A stretch of 64,000 nucleotides of DNA from Felis catus. Taxonomy: Eukaryota. Shown piece after piece: positions 1-13,029 of this stretch. Within the stretch, counting starts at the first letter, position 1; the number at the start of each line of letters is the position of its first letter. The DNA is taken from the NCBI RefSeq assembly GCF_018350175.1, contig NC_058368.1, positions 80,168,001-80,232,000 of the forward strand, read 5' to 3'. A program made the translations under genes and the position numbers. The notes beneath the pieces were generated by a model. That model ran no database searches, was not told the DNA's origin, and was given only the letters and a program-made list of their open reading frames with translations.

Positions 1-104
1 AGTCACTGTTGGCCGTTGCATTAACTACTTTTTAGATGGTGAACCCCATTCGTCCTTTCTGCTCTTGAATTAATGCTCTTTCTGACATTTCACTGTCTTC
101 GCAG

Positions 105-140
105 GGCGAAAAGGGGAGTGAGGGGGAGCCGGGAAGAAAG
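105..140 (+). CDS. COL4A2: COL4A2 exon ~14 (36 nt) GEKGSEGEPGRK
   Basis: ttcgcag| ... AAG|gtaagt; Gly-X-Y. Confidence 0.92.
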
Positions 141-685
141 GTAAGTCGAGCAGCGGCCGGGTTTCCTCTCGCTGGCAGGGTCCCCCCAGCCCCCCACCCG
201 GCCCCCACTCCCGGTGACCACGCACAGGGCTCTAGCAGCATCCACCTGTGACACCGGGTGGCGCTTTGACGCTTCTCTTCAGAAAACAATTTTAGAACGT
301 CTCCCCTTTTGCATGATACACACCAGCTGACCAACATCTTCTGGGGTTTGTGACCTGAACGTCGGCGCTTTAAGAGAGCAGGTGCACAGGCAGAGGGACG
401 GCGGGCTTGGCAGTGGCTTCAGTTCTGGGGCCAGCACATCGTTGCTATATTGTCTTCCGTCCTCATCATGCCTGCCCTGTATTCCCAGCCCTCCTGGGCG
501 TCACCTGCTACGTGACAATGCCAGTGGTGTCCTGGAGCGATGCTAGTACAGGCCACCTGGGAGACTCTCTGTGACCCTGAATCGTGCTGGGCTGGACGGG
601 GGACCCCAGGAGTCCCAGGGGGCTAGAACACCCGAGGGGGTAAAGTGCACAGGCCAGCTGCCTCACCTGTTATCTCTCCTCCTAG

Positions 686-736
686 GGCATCGCCTTGAAG
701 GGAGAAGAAGGAGTCATGGGCTTCTCGGGCATACGG
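686..736 (+). CDS. COL4A2: COL4A2 exon ~15 (51 nt) GIALKGEEGVMGFSGIR
   Basis: ctcctag| ... CGG|gtaagc. Confidence 0.92.
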
Positions 737-1649
737 GTAAGCGATGCATCCCATAACTGCAGTTTGCTCTGGTTTGCATGTTAAGTAGACTGGATTCCTC
801 CGAGCAGACTTGAGGTTCCCTGCGAAGTCGAGCTAGAGGCACAGAGAGGTCCCACATACCCTCTCCCCTCACCCACGCACAGCCTCCCCACTCCCAGCGT
901 CCCTGCCAGAGTGGCCCTCTGACTGCGGCGGGCGAGCCCACAGTGATGGACACGCCCTCCCCCCCAGTAACCATGATGTTGGAGACTCCACTGAAGGAGG
1001 GCGGGGCAGAACACAGAGACATCTCTGCCAATGCCGGTGAGGCTGCCTTAACCCACGGTAATGGAAGTGTAGACTGTCCCCAACACAAGAAGTTGATTCT
1101 TGTTTCCCTGAGAGTCTAGGACAGTGGGTGGGATGCTGGGGGTCACGGGAGTGTCTCCCCCATGGAGATTCAGCGCCTGTGGCTCCCATGCCCAAGGGCA
1201 GACCTCCATCCTTAGAGCGTGGCCTCAGATGACGCCTGCCTCTTCGGTCCTCCCTCCATCGGCCAGAGCTCGGTCACCTGCCACACCTCACTGCAAGTGC
1301 ACTGGGAAATGTGGCCAGAACAAAGGCAGAGTGGCCTTGCGGTGGCTCTCTGGTAGCCACCACCACTAAAAGGACACGTGTTAGAATCTTGGAAAATAAG
1401 AGACCCCTGAGAAAGTTGGAGTGCAGGTCTTTTAACACCTCCACCGGATGAACCATACTGTCTTTCTAGACTTCTCCGTATTTCTTTAGGCAGTAGGCGT
1501 GATGGCCCACCTCCTTCAGAAAATAATTTTGATACTTTCATAGTAAAGCATTTCATGTTAGCCCATGTCGGGGGCGGTAACAGAGCCCTCCGGGAAATGT
1601 TGCTGTCCATTCTGAGATGTTTTTGCTTCCGTTTTCCATCCCAACCCAG

Positions 1650-1694
1650 GGTTCTCCTGGCTTCGATGGCGAGAAGGGTTCACCAGGACAAAAG
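1650..1694 (+). CDS. COL4A2: COL4A2 exon ~16 (45 nt) GSPGFDGEKGSPGQK
   Basis: acccag| ... AAG|gtaagt. Confidence 0.94.
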
Positions 1695-4402
1695 GTAAGT
1701 TTGACGCACCTGTTTATTTCACCACCGTGCTTTGGAGATGATTCCACATTAGCACGGACACGTCCACAGAGCTTTGGTAGCGACCTGCACAGCGTTGCGG
1801 GAAAAGGACGCACCGTGTGCCTGACGACCCCTCACCGTGGTTCCCAGCTGCTTGCTGTTTGCAGCCGTCACACAGTCGACAGTATGGGACACACCTCTTG
1901 GCGCCCATAGGCCAGGATTTCCATCATTCGGTCCTAGGAAGTGCATAGACAGGCTTTTTAGAAATCAGTTCAGCCTCTGAATCATGACTCCATTGAATCC
2001 TGCCAGGGCTCCACCGCCGTGTGGAAAACAAGGACGTGGGGCTCATCAGTCTCTGCGGGGAGCTCCCCGGGGACTTCAGATGGACGTGGCCTCCGGGTCC
2101 GGCTTCCAGCCGGCACTAGCCCTAGACCCAGGCTCTGCTGACACTCTAACCCGCTCGCAGCGGGACCAGCCTCGACTCCTTCCTGCAACCTTGGCTTGTC
2201 TCACTCCTCCCGTTCCTGTCCTTTCATCCCAAACTCAGGCCGAGAAGCTGACACCAGGGTTTCCCTAATTGCATCCACGTTCTCATGACATTCGTAACTG
2301 ATGCGGGCACCCCCAAAGGCGGCGTTCCTGGAGGACGGCTGTCCAGGCGTACCCCAACCGAAGGCCAAAAGGCCAAATTCCAGTGGAAGGATTTCATTAG
2401 TCAAGCAAAGAGACAGAGAACTAAGGCAACGTCTACCAGGGACCTGTCTCCACCGCCCGTGGAGCCGAAGTTCTGTCGTTCAAACTTTCATCGCTTGCCA
2501 GTGACAGGGAAATTATAATTACGGGTTTCTTCTACACCCGGCACTCAGGAGTTACAGATATTTTTTTAATGCAGTTGGATACAGCTGCCCCCTGGAACTC
2601 GCTGTTTATGTGAGACAAGACGCCCAGTTAGACACTGACCACCTGGGGCCTCTAACTGCTGTGGCCAGATGTTAGAACGGAAGGCCCTCATCTTCCAGGG
2701 GAAGACGGGGACACTTCCGGCCAAGTGGGACGTCTCTGTGGGGAGACAGTTTACTCAACCATACAAATAGGAAATGCCCAGGACGTGTACAGATGGCAGA
2801 GTCCCTGCTTGTTAGGCCGCACGGCACCTCAGACGTGACCGCTGAACCTCGTCTTACTTGACAAGCTGCCATTACTCCTAGCGACCTGTTCAGTTACTGA
2901 TCTAGTCCCCAGATAATTCCTCCTTGACCGCACAGCCCTTGCCCCCCCCACCGCCACCCCTGTTGTTATGTCTGCACAGAAACACAAAGACAACCCGTTA
3001 GGTGGTTGTGTTGACTCTTGGTCTGCCAGACAATCAGGGTTCCAGCTGCCTGTGGTCTCACGTGCACCTAAGTACAATCTCCCCCTTTTACTCTGCTGAG
3101 TCCTACATAATACTGAGCCCACCCCCATCCCCAGTCAATTCGCCTGCTGCTGAGAACTCACAGGGAAACTTCTAGATCATTGTTTTGGCTTTTTGGGGTT
3201 CCAGCGGCCAACAGGGAGACCTGTGGATCGATAGAGCCAATAGTGGGAGACATCCTGAGCACTCTTCCATTTTGCCCTTTCCCCTGTTGGTTTTCCGAAG
3301 CCCCCGGCTCATTCCAAACGTTTGCTCAGACGTGTTTCGGAAACGTTGGTGCTGCTGTGGCTTAGGCAGCACAGGTGGTGAGCACGTTGTGCGGAGGGGG
3401 TGGGAGGGGGGTACCCAGTGATGGCGTCGCCCAGCCGGACGGCGCTCAGGCACGTAGCACGAATGCACGTCCGGCCGCATCCAGCGCGGCGTCTGGGCTG
3501 AGTTGTTAGGTTGGCGCACAGGCTGCCGAGAACTGAGCGCCTAGCTGCTCCCATCGTCGGCGCGCTCTTTCAGGACTCCGTGCCTGTCTCGAGAGATGGC
3601 CTCCAAGTAGGAGATTGGTGGGACCTCGGAGAAGTTTCCCTTCACTTCTGAATCGTCAGCTCCACCTAGCGTGAAAGGAAGTCCGTCGACATGAAAGGCC
3701 TGCGTGGAAAGCACAAAACCAACCCCGTCATTGCTCACGCTAAGCAACAGGACTTTCAGCACGTGTGCTCCCGCGTTCCAGAACATCCTGTGAAATAACC
3801 AGGCTGCATTTTTTACACCACGGGCGCGTGGTATTCTGAACTTGGGGCCTCACTGTACCTATTCTTTGGCAAGAGGGAATGAACTTCTAGGTTTCTTAAA
3901 AAGCTTTGCATATATACCCAGCTATGATGTGGCTCACGAGGGTGAACGTTCTCTTTCAATAAATATTCAAGGAGATTAGAAAGCAGCACTGAGCACTTTC
4001 TAAATGAAGAGAAAAATTCTAAATTAAGGGGCATTAATGCTCCTATTTGGTGCTCGTAAAAATTTTTCAAAATCCCGCTTGGGGGGAAGGTTTTAATAGA
4101 TGGATCAATCATAAAATCACTGAAGGGGGGCAACCCGGCCCCCGAGCCTCCTGAAGTGACGCAGTAGGAAGGACACGACACGCCTTGTGACTAATTCTCA
4201 CTCGGAAGGTGCACCTGAGCCCAGGGAGGGAAGCCCGTAGCGAGAACAGCTGCTGGGGAGGACGTCTGCGGGCAGAGGTGCACACTTTCCACCACTGCGA
4301 GGAAGAGTGGACCACCAGTGACCCGGTTTCTTCAACAGCAACAATAACAGAAGTTATGGAAAAAGTAGAAAGGAGGAGGCAACTCTTAAGAATTGTGAGG
4401 CC

Positions 4403-4612
4403 GGGGCGCCTGGGTGGCTCAGCCGGTTGAGCGTCCGACTTCGGCTCAGGTCGTGATCTCACGGCTCATGGGCTCGAGCCCCGAGTCGGGCTTTGTGCTG
4501 ACAGCTTGGAGCCTGGAGCCTATTCGGATTCTGTGTCTCCTGTCTCTGCTCCTCCTCTGCTTGCTCTCTGCCTCAAAAATATAAACGCTAAAAAAAATTT
4601 TAATTAAAAAAA
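4403..4612 (+). mobile_element. Can-SINE (tRNA-derived, feliform type)
   Basis: GGGGCGCCTGGGTGGCTCAG head, CT-rich region, A tail, degenerate TSD. Confidence 0.92.
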
Positions 4613-4807
4613 ATAATGATGAGGCTTATCAGCCGCAGGTCACGTTTGGACTTTGAGACCACAATCAGGGAACATTGGGCACAGAGTGGGTAGTAGGTAA
4701 TTTTAATGAGTTGTCGTTAGTGTTGTCAGCCGTAATAATGGTATCGTGGTCACTTCTTTAAATTCTGTGTTAGCGGTAAAACTAAGCCCCGAATATCTTT
4801 CCTGCAG

Positions 4808-4861
4808 GGAAGCAAAGGACTGGATGGTTATCAAGGCCCGGATGGACCCCCGGGACTCAAG
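4808..4861 (+). CDS. COL4A2: COL4A2 exon ~17 (54 nt) GSKGLDGYQGPDGPPGLK
   Basis: cctgcag| ... AAG|gtgagc. Confidence 0.94.
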
Positions 4862-5728
4862 GTGAGCTCAGTTTTCCTGGGGCTGGAGGTGTGGTCTCCT
4901 GCCATCCACCCCATTGGAGGAGGTGTCCTCTGCCCTGTTTAACACTAGCTAAGCAAACACACAACACCCCGCACTGGACAGATGATATGGACACGGACTT
5001 ATCGGTCACGTGTCCGGACCTCACAGTGCTGCACACCACACAAGGCACATGGAGGGCACACTCGGGATCTGCACCCGGGAGCAGAGGGGGCCAGCGGGGC
5101 TGTGGGGACAGGCTTTGTAATAACAAGAGGGTGGGGTATCCCCTGTCCCCAGGGGGGAGTATGATTGGCTTGCTCGAAGAATGAGCTGGCAGGGAGGTGA
5201 GGACCAGTAGGTTGAGGACCAGGTGGGGTGCAGCTGGTCGGGTGATGGGGCTCCAGCCAGGCAGGGAGACTTTCCTGCTGGTGGGGAGCGTATCTGGTAA
5301 GGACAGGGGCACTCCGCACTCAGGCATTCGGGGGCCCCGGGAGGCTCGAGGACACCAAGGCAGCACTTGGAAGTTTCGGTGTCACAATCCAGATCAGGGT
5401 ACAGTTGCATCGTTCCCAGCTTGGGTGTGGCTGCAGCCTGGTATCCGATGGGTGGCTGGGGTACCGTGACCAACAGGGGAACAGTCTGCCCTGCAGAAAG
5501 TCGTCCCCTGCCCGCTTCTGGTGTTTGACAAGGATTTCAAAGTGAGGTTGGTGCCCTGCCCGCACCACTGCCTCTTGGTGTATCCGGCTGGTGGCTGGGA
5601 TGCCCGGGCATCACCACAGCACAGGGCAGACGGTCCACATTCAGCTTTACTCCCTAGTACTAAGCATAGTTTCCCAAACTCCAAAAGGCAGGCCTCACGT
5701 TCTTCCATTCTCCTCTTTCTTCCTCCAG

Positions 5729-5795
5729 GGAGAAGTGGGCGACCGCGGCCCCCCAGGTGCCCCTGCGTACTCGCCTCATCCCTCCCTGGCCAAAG
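5729..5795 (+). CDS. COL4A2: COL4A2 exon ~18 (67 nt) GEVGDRGPPGAPAYSPHPSLAK
   Basis: long pyrimidine tract then ccag| ... AAAG|gtttgt. Confidence 0.93.
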
Positions 5796-7339
5796 GTTTG
5801 TGTGTGATTTCTCCTGCGTGTCTATATCGTACGGGATCCTCTTCTGTCTCGGACACAGAGTCATAAACTGGCAAGAGAGGCTCTCTGAGTAAAACAAAGC
5901 AAAGCAAAACAAAAGATGTTTAGAACATAACCTTTGGAGAATATCAGTCCCATGTACAACTCAGCTTAAATGCTTAAACGTGGTGTCAGAGAGGCGCTCG
6001 TTTCACCTGTGCCTAAGAGAGCGCCCTCTGCTGGGCGAGCCCTGCACTTCCGCATACGTCGTGCAGATTCTGGTTTCGCCACCTGTAAAGTCACTGGAGA
6101 AATCCAGTCCTTGGGCACATCTGGCCTCCCTGACGGCGGGAGTCCCAGCTGCCTTTGCTGGTTTCTGCCCCACGTGCACCAAGATGCTTACGGCCCCTGC
6201 TGGCCAGTCCGAAGCCGGAAACTGGCCATAATCCATAGTCTGTACACAGCCACCTCCTTTGAACCTTCAAGGAATCCCCAGGTATTTGTGCATGATGGAC
6301 TGCCCAGAAGAGGCTCCCGGTGCCCCAGTTGACCCCTGAGTGTACATGAAAGGTTTTGCATGTGTCACAGCTAATGCCCATCTCGTGATTTCACTCAGCC
6401 TCCCAGATTGGCAGGACCGTACCAAAATACGATTTTAATTCTGTGAGAAGAGCAGTGGGCTCAGAACCTTTTTGAATGTGAGTCCTTCTAGGTTCAAAAA
6501 AAAAAAAAAACCTGTTTTCAGTGCCCCCTCTAAGTAATCATATGTATATTTACTTATGGGTGATTCACCTATGTTGTGCAAAGCTCCGGGATTTTAGCTG
6601 CTATGGTTCACTACTGTATCCCCAATTTCTAGAACAGGACCAGGCAGAGAGTAGGTTACCTGAATGGCTGAACAGTGTATGTACTAAATAATACACATTA
6701 GGAAAGACTTTTACTTTAAAAGAGTTTAACTAAAGATGGTCTAATGTTTTCTTCCTGCACCCAGTATGTGTCCGCGGGTCAAGGACTTGCACCTGCTTGG
6801 TGCGAACCATCTGTCAGTTTAAGAACAGCCTTTGCATGTGCTTATCCGCTGTTGGTGAGAACTTAGACTAGCACAAGGCTAAGGACATCCCGGCAGAGCC
6901 CCTGAAGGAGTTCTCTGCAGGGTGGCATTGAAAGGACACCACTGGCCTCCCTCCGCAAGAACAGCTGTGTTTTGTTCATTCTTGCAAGTTAACACATACC
7001 GGTAAATGGGTATATTTGGAATCCCTGCTCAACACCTCAGATCGCCCTCCCTGCGTGGCTGGTACTCATGGAGTCCATGGGGTGTCCATGGACTGCGACA
7101 CGCCTGCCAGGCCAGAAACCCCAGGAAGAGGAACATGAGGTTGATGTACTGTCAGTGGTTTTGGTGAAATGGAAATACTGTCCTTGAGGCTTTGGGAACA
7201 TAATTTTTTAAATTAACCTTGGCGATTTTTCAAAAACGTTCACTGCCCAAGAGCCCGGCGTTGATCTAGCTTCCCCTGTCCACCAGCCTGTATTTCTAAA
7301 ACCACACTGGGAAGGCGATGGTTTTAAATTGGTGAGCTG

Positions 7340-7550
7340 GGGGGTGCCTGGGTGGCTCAGTCAGTTAACTGTCCAACTTCGGCCTAGGTCATGATCTCGC
7401 GGTTCGTGAGTTCAAGCCCCGTGTCAGGCTCTGTGCTGACAGCTCAGAGCCAGGAGCCTGCTTCCGATTCTGTGTCTCCCTCTGTCTCTGCCCCTCCCCC
7501 ATTCATGCTCTGTCTCTCAATAATAAATAAACATTTAAAAATTTTTTTTA
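7340..7550 (+). mobile_element. Can-SINE
   Basis: Head, CT region, A tail; TSD aatt(g/a)gtgagctgg. Confidence 0.92.
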
Positions 7551-7924
7551 ATTAGTGAGCTGGCAGGTGAGGGCTCCTGACACAGGCTGATGAGCAGATT
7601 CCCTCAGCAAAGAAAGGAAAATAAATATCTTCACAAAGTAGCTTTGCAGGAGCTCTGTCAAATCCCAAAGGGTGGAGGAGACTTGTGTTTTTTTTCCCCT
7701 AATGGTTGCAAAGTAACTGAAACAAGTCCTGCTCTTCTTCCAAACAAATGAGAGGGTCTGTGGTTTGCACGTTCATCGTCGTCTCTCACTCCGTGCTCAT
7801 GGCCAGCGTTTCTTTAGGGCTCGCCGGAGCCCGGGCAGGGGTCTGAGTTGTTAGACCATGATGCTTGTTAACTGATTTACTTTTCCTAACCACCCCTTGA
7901 GAGGGGGCCTGATGTTAGTCCTGT

Positions 7925-7995
7925 TTTGCTGGTGGATAAATTGAAACACAGGAAGTTAAGTAACTTGCCCAAGGTCACGTAGAATGAGTGGAGGA
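7925..7995. mobile_element. MIR fragment
   Basis: gttaagtaacttgcccaaggtcac MIR core. Confidence 0.7.
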
Positions 7996-9233
7996 GGAGC
8001 GTTCAGCGCCCCCCTGACCCCTGTGCAGAGCCCAGCACCCCTCCCCTGCCCCGCCCTCCGCAGGGAGCGGAGCCCCAGCACAGGTAGCCCAGACTCACAC
8101 TCTCCACCCTACTTGTACGCAGGCACACAGGCATCCTTAATTCAACGACTTGCTTTTGAGATTAAACAAACAAAAAAATTAAAGATCCCGTGCAGAGTGA
8201 TGGCTTTCCTAACACTTGGTAATCCCTATGCGGTAAAGTGTCATATTGTCTCATCTTTTCTCTCATCTTTCCCAGTTGTATTCCAGGGGAAAAAATGTGT
8301 TGCACAGTAAAGCATTGCTGTTGACCTGCAGAGAACACAGCGAGGCCGCTGTGTGTGTGTGTCTGTGTGTGTGTGTTTCAGGATGGGGTTTGTAAGAGGG
8401 CTCACGTACGCTATCCTTCCAGCAGACAGCCAGGAAAAGTGGAGCTGGGCTGGAGCTGGGGCTCTGGGGACGAGGGGCCTCGTGCAGGAAGCCACCCTCC
8501 TCACTTCCTGGTCTTCCTGCACGGAGCCTGGTGCACGGGGGGGATCCCCAGGCCTGTCGTTCCTTTCTTTATCCCCACTCTAGACTCAGCTGCTCTCCCA
8601 GCCTGACCCCTGTTCACGGATCCCCAACACTCCCGCCAGAAGCAGACGCTCCCCTGCTCGCTGCTTTCCACTTGGCTGATCTCCTCTCCAGATCCCCTTC
8701 TGCCACCGTCCTCTGCCCTGTCCCTCCCGTCTCCTGTCCCCTCAGAGGGCACCCGTGTCCAACTGCCAGGCTGCCGTGTCCGTGGAACCTGAGTGCCGGT
8801 GGGCATGAAGCCTCACGTGTCTGTAAAAGTGGGGCTGTAGCTCTCCCCCGTCCCCCACGGCTTTATGAGAACCAGTCAAGTATTGCACACCGAGCCCAGT
8901 GCACACAGCCAAAGTTCCACAATGTCACCTGTTCCTGTTATTTTTAATCTCTACGGTCCCTCAATGTCCGATTTCTCCCCAAAATAATCTTTCCCCCTTT
9001 TGAAACCTCTCTGTCATTTTATGATATTTATGGGAATCTTGTATCGCTCCTATTTGATTAGGAATGAGCTCCTCAAAAGCAGAGACCCCCATATATTAAA
9101 CATTCGGACCCCCACCATCCTTCGGTGTACAAGATGAACAAGTAAATACGTGTTTGGTTGGTGAAAGTGTGCACGTCCGAGGCGGGTCCTGGACAGCGTC
9201 CTGTTCTCATTTCGAAGTCTGTCTTGATTCCAG

Positions 9234-9344
9234 GTGTCAGGGGTGACCCAGGATTCCCAGGGGCCCACGGGGAGCCAGGAAGCCGGGGTGAACCAGGAGA
9301 CCCGGGCCCACCAGGCCCCCCTGGCACGTCCATCGGAGACGAAG
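9234..9344 (+). CDS. COL4A2: COL4A2 exon ~19 (111 nt) [10 protein letters not shown]...GTSIGDE
   Basis: ttccag| ... GAAG|gtaaag. Confidence 0.95.
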
Positions 9345-9846
9345 GTAAAGGCTCCCTGGTGTCAAAAGACCAAACGTACGTCCCCTCGGGTCCCCGCACT
9401 GACTGCTCAGCTCTGCAGCCGGAGTCTCTTACAGACGAGGCTCAGGAGCTCTAACGGACTCAAGTGCACGCACCCATTGTCTTCCCGGGAGCGTTGGGCC
9501 TGTGACAGTGACCCTTCCCCCCGCCCCACCCCACCCCCTGCCACAGGGCCGGGCTGTGCGGTTGACAAGTAACCAGCATGATGCTGTCAGCTGGCCGGGA
9601 GGAGCGTGCACAGCCCTCAGACGTCGTGGCCACACTTACGACTCTCAGACCATTGTCGGGGGGCGAGAGGAGGGGCTTTTTTAAAGTTGAAATACGGTGA
9701 TGGGACCTTCCAACGGCATCGACCCTTAAGGTCCTGATCAGACTGTAAATCCGCGAGTCCTGGTGGCCTCCTGGGGATGGGAATGCCAACACACACGTTA
9801 CACGTCACAAGTCTCATGCTGCCGGTGGTCACTGTTGGATTTTCAG

Positions 9847-9996
9847 ATGGCAAGAGAGGTTTACCAGGTGAAATGGGGCCCAAAGGCTTCATAGGAGACC
9901 CAGGCATCCCCGCGCTGTACCCCGGCCCTCCGGGAACCGACGGAAAGCCAGGGCCCCGAGGACCGCCGGGGCCTCCCGGACTACCTGGGCCAGACG
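9847..9996 (+). CDS. COL4A2: COL4A2 exon ~20 (150 nt) [14 protein letters not shown]...GLPGPD
   Basis: tttcag| ... GACG|gtaagt. Confidence 0.95.
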
Positions 9997-11149
9997 GTAA
10001 GTGGAAGGAAACTCAAGAGTGGTGGTTTTCGTGTTCAGACAAAGAAGCCTGGCCCCAGTCAGATCTTTCCTGGGGTTTTTCTGCTAAATAATTCCATGAA
10101 CCAATGCGGTAGGCATCACACTAGGGCGTGGCAGGTGCTCTGGGATGCAAACAGAAAGGCTGGTGATGGAAGGAGGGCACAGCCTGGTGAATCTGTTGAG
10201 TATCAGCAGGCCCGCGGACATGACCCAGTAGGGTTTGGCTGGCTGTGGGTCCAGTGAGGTCAGCTCTCCAGTGGAAGACCTGAGCCGCGCAGTCTGGAAG
10301 CAGGTGCATGCTGAACGCTGTCGGGTGTCTGTGTGGTACGTTCCATCACCTTCTTCCAGGGTGGAGCCTTCCTGCCTTGACTTGTAGCCTCTCTCCTCTG
10401 TCTTACTAACAATCCAAGCAGACTCAATAATCTGCTCAGCCCACGTGGAGCCTCTCACTGAACAGTTGATAATAGTCGACAGGAAGAGGTGACTGCGTTA
10501 TCGTAACAGGAAGTGGCCGCCGTTGGCCAAGGTCGAGACGCGAGACTCTGAGCATCTGTAAACCAGACAACCATGAGCTTCTGGACCCCATGCTGCCTGG
10601 GGGTGTTGCTGAACCATAGCAGAGTGGAACTTCCAGGTTCCGATGTTACCCTGGCTCATCTTTTAGCTGAGGGTGCCCCCAGGAGGCAGGGAGACGGGCA
10701 GTCTGTCTTTGCACTTGCCATCAAAAACGGTGATCTTTGCAGCTTCTGAGTTTAAAGGGCTGTTTTCGACATTGTAAAATCCCCTAACGGGAGCGTTCCA
10801 TCCCCTCAAGAGTTTGGATATATGAGACCTTGGAAGAAAACGTGAGCGCCCAATTTCTTCCCGTGTGATATGGTCCATAGTTTGTCAGCCTCCTTTCGAA
10901 ACATCTGACTTTCAGTTCCCTGGCACCCTGCCCCATCCCAATAGTCTCTGGGAGCTTCCTCTCTTCGGCGAGGGGGAGCCTCACATTGCCAACAGGTAGT
11001 GTTGGATTTCAGTGCAAAGGTCAGGTTCAGATCTGTGCTTTCGGTGCTTTGGGAAGACTGCTTCTCTTTGCCATCTCTAGAGGAAAGATGTTGGGGGTTA
11101 GAGAAGTGTATCTGCACATACTCCTCCCATTGAAAAATCAGCCATCCCA

Positions 11150-11325
11150 AGGGCGCCTGGGGGGCTCGGTCAGTTAAGCCTCCGACTTCGGCTCAGGTCA
11201 TGACCTCACAGTTCGTGAGTTCGAGCCTGCTTGGGGCTCTGTGCTGACAGCTCAGGGCCTGCTTAGGATTCTCTTGCTCTCTCTCTCTCTGTCCATCCCC
11301 CCTACCAGAATAAATAAACTTTAAT
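11150..11325 (+). mobile_element. Can-SINE
   Basis: Head, CT region, A tail. Confidence 0.9.
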
Positions 11326-12636
11326 AGAAGAGCTGTAAAAATATCAGCAGTCCCCTCTCTGATTCCACTTGGTGTTGCACAGATTTTTATGTAATGTGGT
11401 TCTCCGGCTCCAACTCTCCTCCGACCGGCAAAGCCAAATTGTCACATTCTTCTGGAAATTTTTAGGTGCAGATATTTCCCTGGAATTTGCCAAATCATTT
11501 GAGCAGTGTTGTCTTTAATATATTTTTAGCCTGGAAGTAATATTTATTCCTGTGACATCGTTGATAATGGCTAAGTTTCTGTGAGCATGATATTTCCTGA
11601 GCAAATGTTATCTGTTAAGTTTTCCTCTCTGGGAACAGAACATGATGTGTTAAAATTTTTTTAAGCACGAAGACTTGCCTCTTCAGAAGACTGACTGAAG
11701 GCTGACCTTGCCCCAATTCCTGTAACCAAATTTCGCTTTGCTAAAGATACAAACACCATCTTGTTTTACAAATCCTGCTCGGTTAAGACCGTGATTTGCT
11801 AACGTCAGTTAGCTGTAAACAAATCAACTACTTTCGTGTGCGTATTTTATCCACAAAATGCATAGAATAGTGTCCAATAACTTTTATCAGCTTACGATAT
11901 TAAAAGCATAGAACTTAAGTTCTCCTTGAAATATTTATTCTCCCCTGTGAGACACGTTGTTTCCCAATTGCTTTTGTAAAGCGATCTCTTGCACAAGAAG
12001 TAGCCAACCACAATGGCCTCTTAGGATTTTTGTGCATAATGTAGTATCAGTGACCTTGATTCCCACAGAGCTCTCCAAGTCTCCCCCTGGAATGACATTG
12101 TTGGATTCCTTTCTTGTTAACCGCATTTCATCCTGCTTTATGTGTTGCTACTAATGAAAACCAGAATTCTTAGCCTTTTGCCGTTCCTGTAGAATCAAAC
12201 CGTGTTGGCAGTTTTTCTTCTCAGCTAAATATTTTGCTCGCTCTTGGTTCGAGCCGAGTTCACGGAACCGAGGACGGGGGCAGTCCTGTCGTCTTCTAGA
12301 ATAAGTCAGAATGCTGACAGCTTTGCTGTGGCCACTGGCCTCTTCATCCTGGAAATGTCTAAGAGGTGCACTGCTGTCCTATAGGACTTGTCTGAAGTTA
12401 CGAATTTATTAGGCGAAGAGAGCACTTAGGAAAGAGGCAGGATGGCCCCTTACGACGGCCACGCCGTGCCTCTGTGACTGGATTTGCAGTGTCAGCAACA
12501 CCCAGGGTTTGTGTCAAACTTAAAATGCCACATCCCTGAGATATCCGTGGTCAAACGCCTACCTGTGCTCTGCACTTCTTACAACTTCAGGAGATGTAAA
12601 ATAAAGCCCACAAAAAAAAGTATTATAAAATAAAAA

Positions 12637-12860
12637 GGAGGCATCTGGGTGGCTCAGTCGGTTGAGCGTCCGACTTCGGCTCAGGTCATGATCTCACGGC
12701 TTGTGAGTTTGAGCCCCGTGTCGGGCTCTGTGCTGACAGCTCGGAGCCTGGAGCCTGCTTTGGATTCTGTGTCTCCCTCTCTCTCTGCCCTCCCCCGCTT
12801 GTGTTCTGTCTCTCTCTCCCTCTCTCTCTCTCAAAAATAAATAAACATTAAAAACATTTT
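12637..12860 (+). mobile_element. Can-SINE
   Basis: Head, CT region, A tail. Confidence 0.92.
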
Positions 12861-13029
12861 TTAATTATAAAATAAAATAAAGCCCCCAAAGTCACCGCAG
12901 CCTGAATGCCCTTGGCCTGGTCGCCAGTGACCTGAGGAGCAGGTCCCAGGGCTCCATCTTGCTCATGGGCACAGGATGCAGGTGTCAGGCTTTCTTCCTG
13001 GGCTGGCCCTCTGTGCCCCCCCTCCCCGC

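Noticed and set aside
12649..12840. Recurrent short ORFs such as [16 protein letters not shown]...
   Set aside because: Translations of SINE consensus sequence, not a protein family
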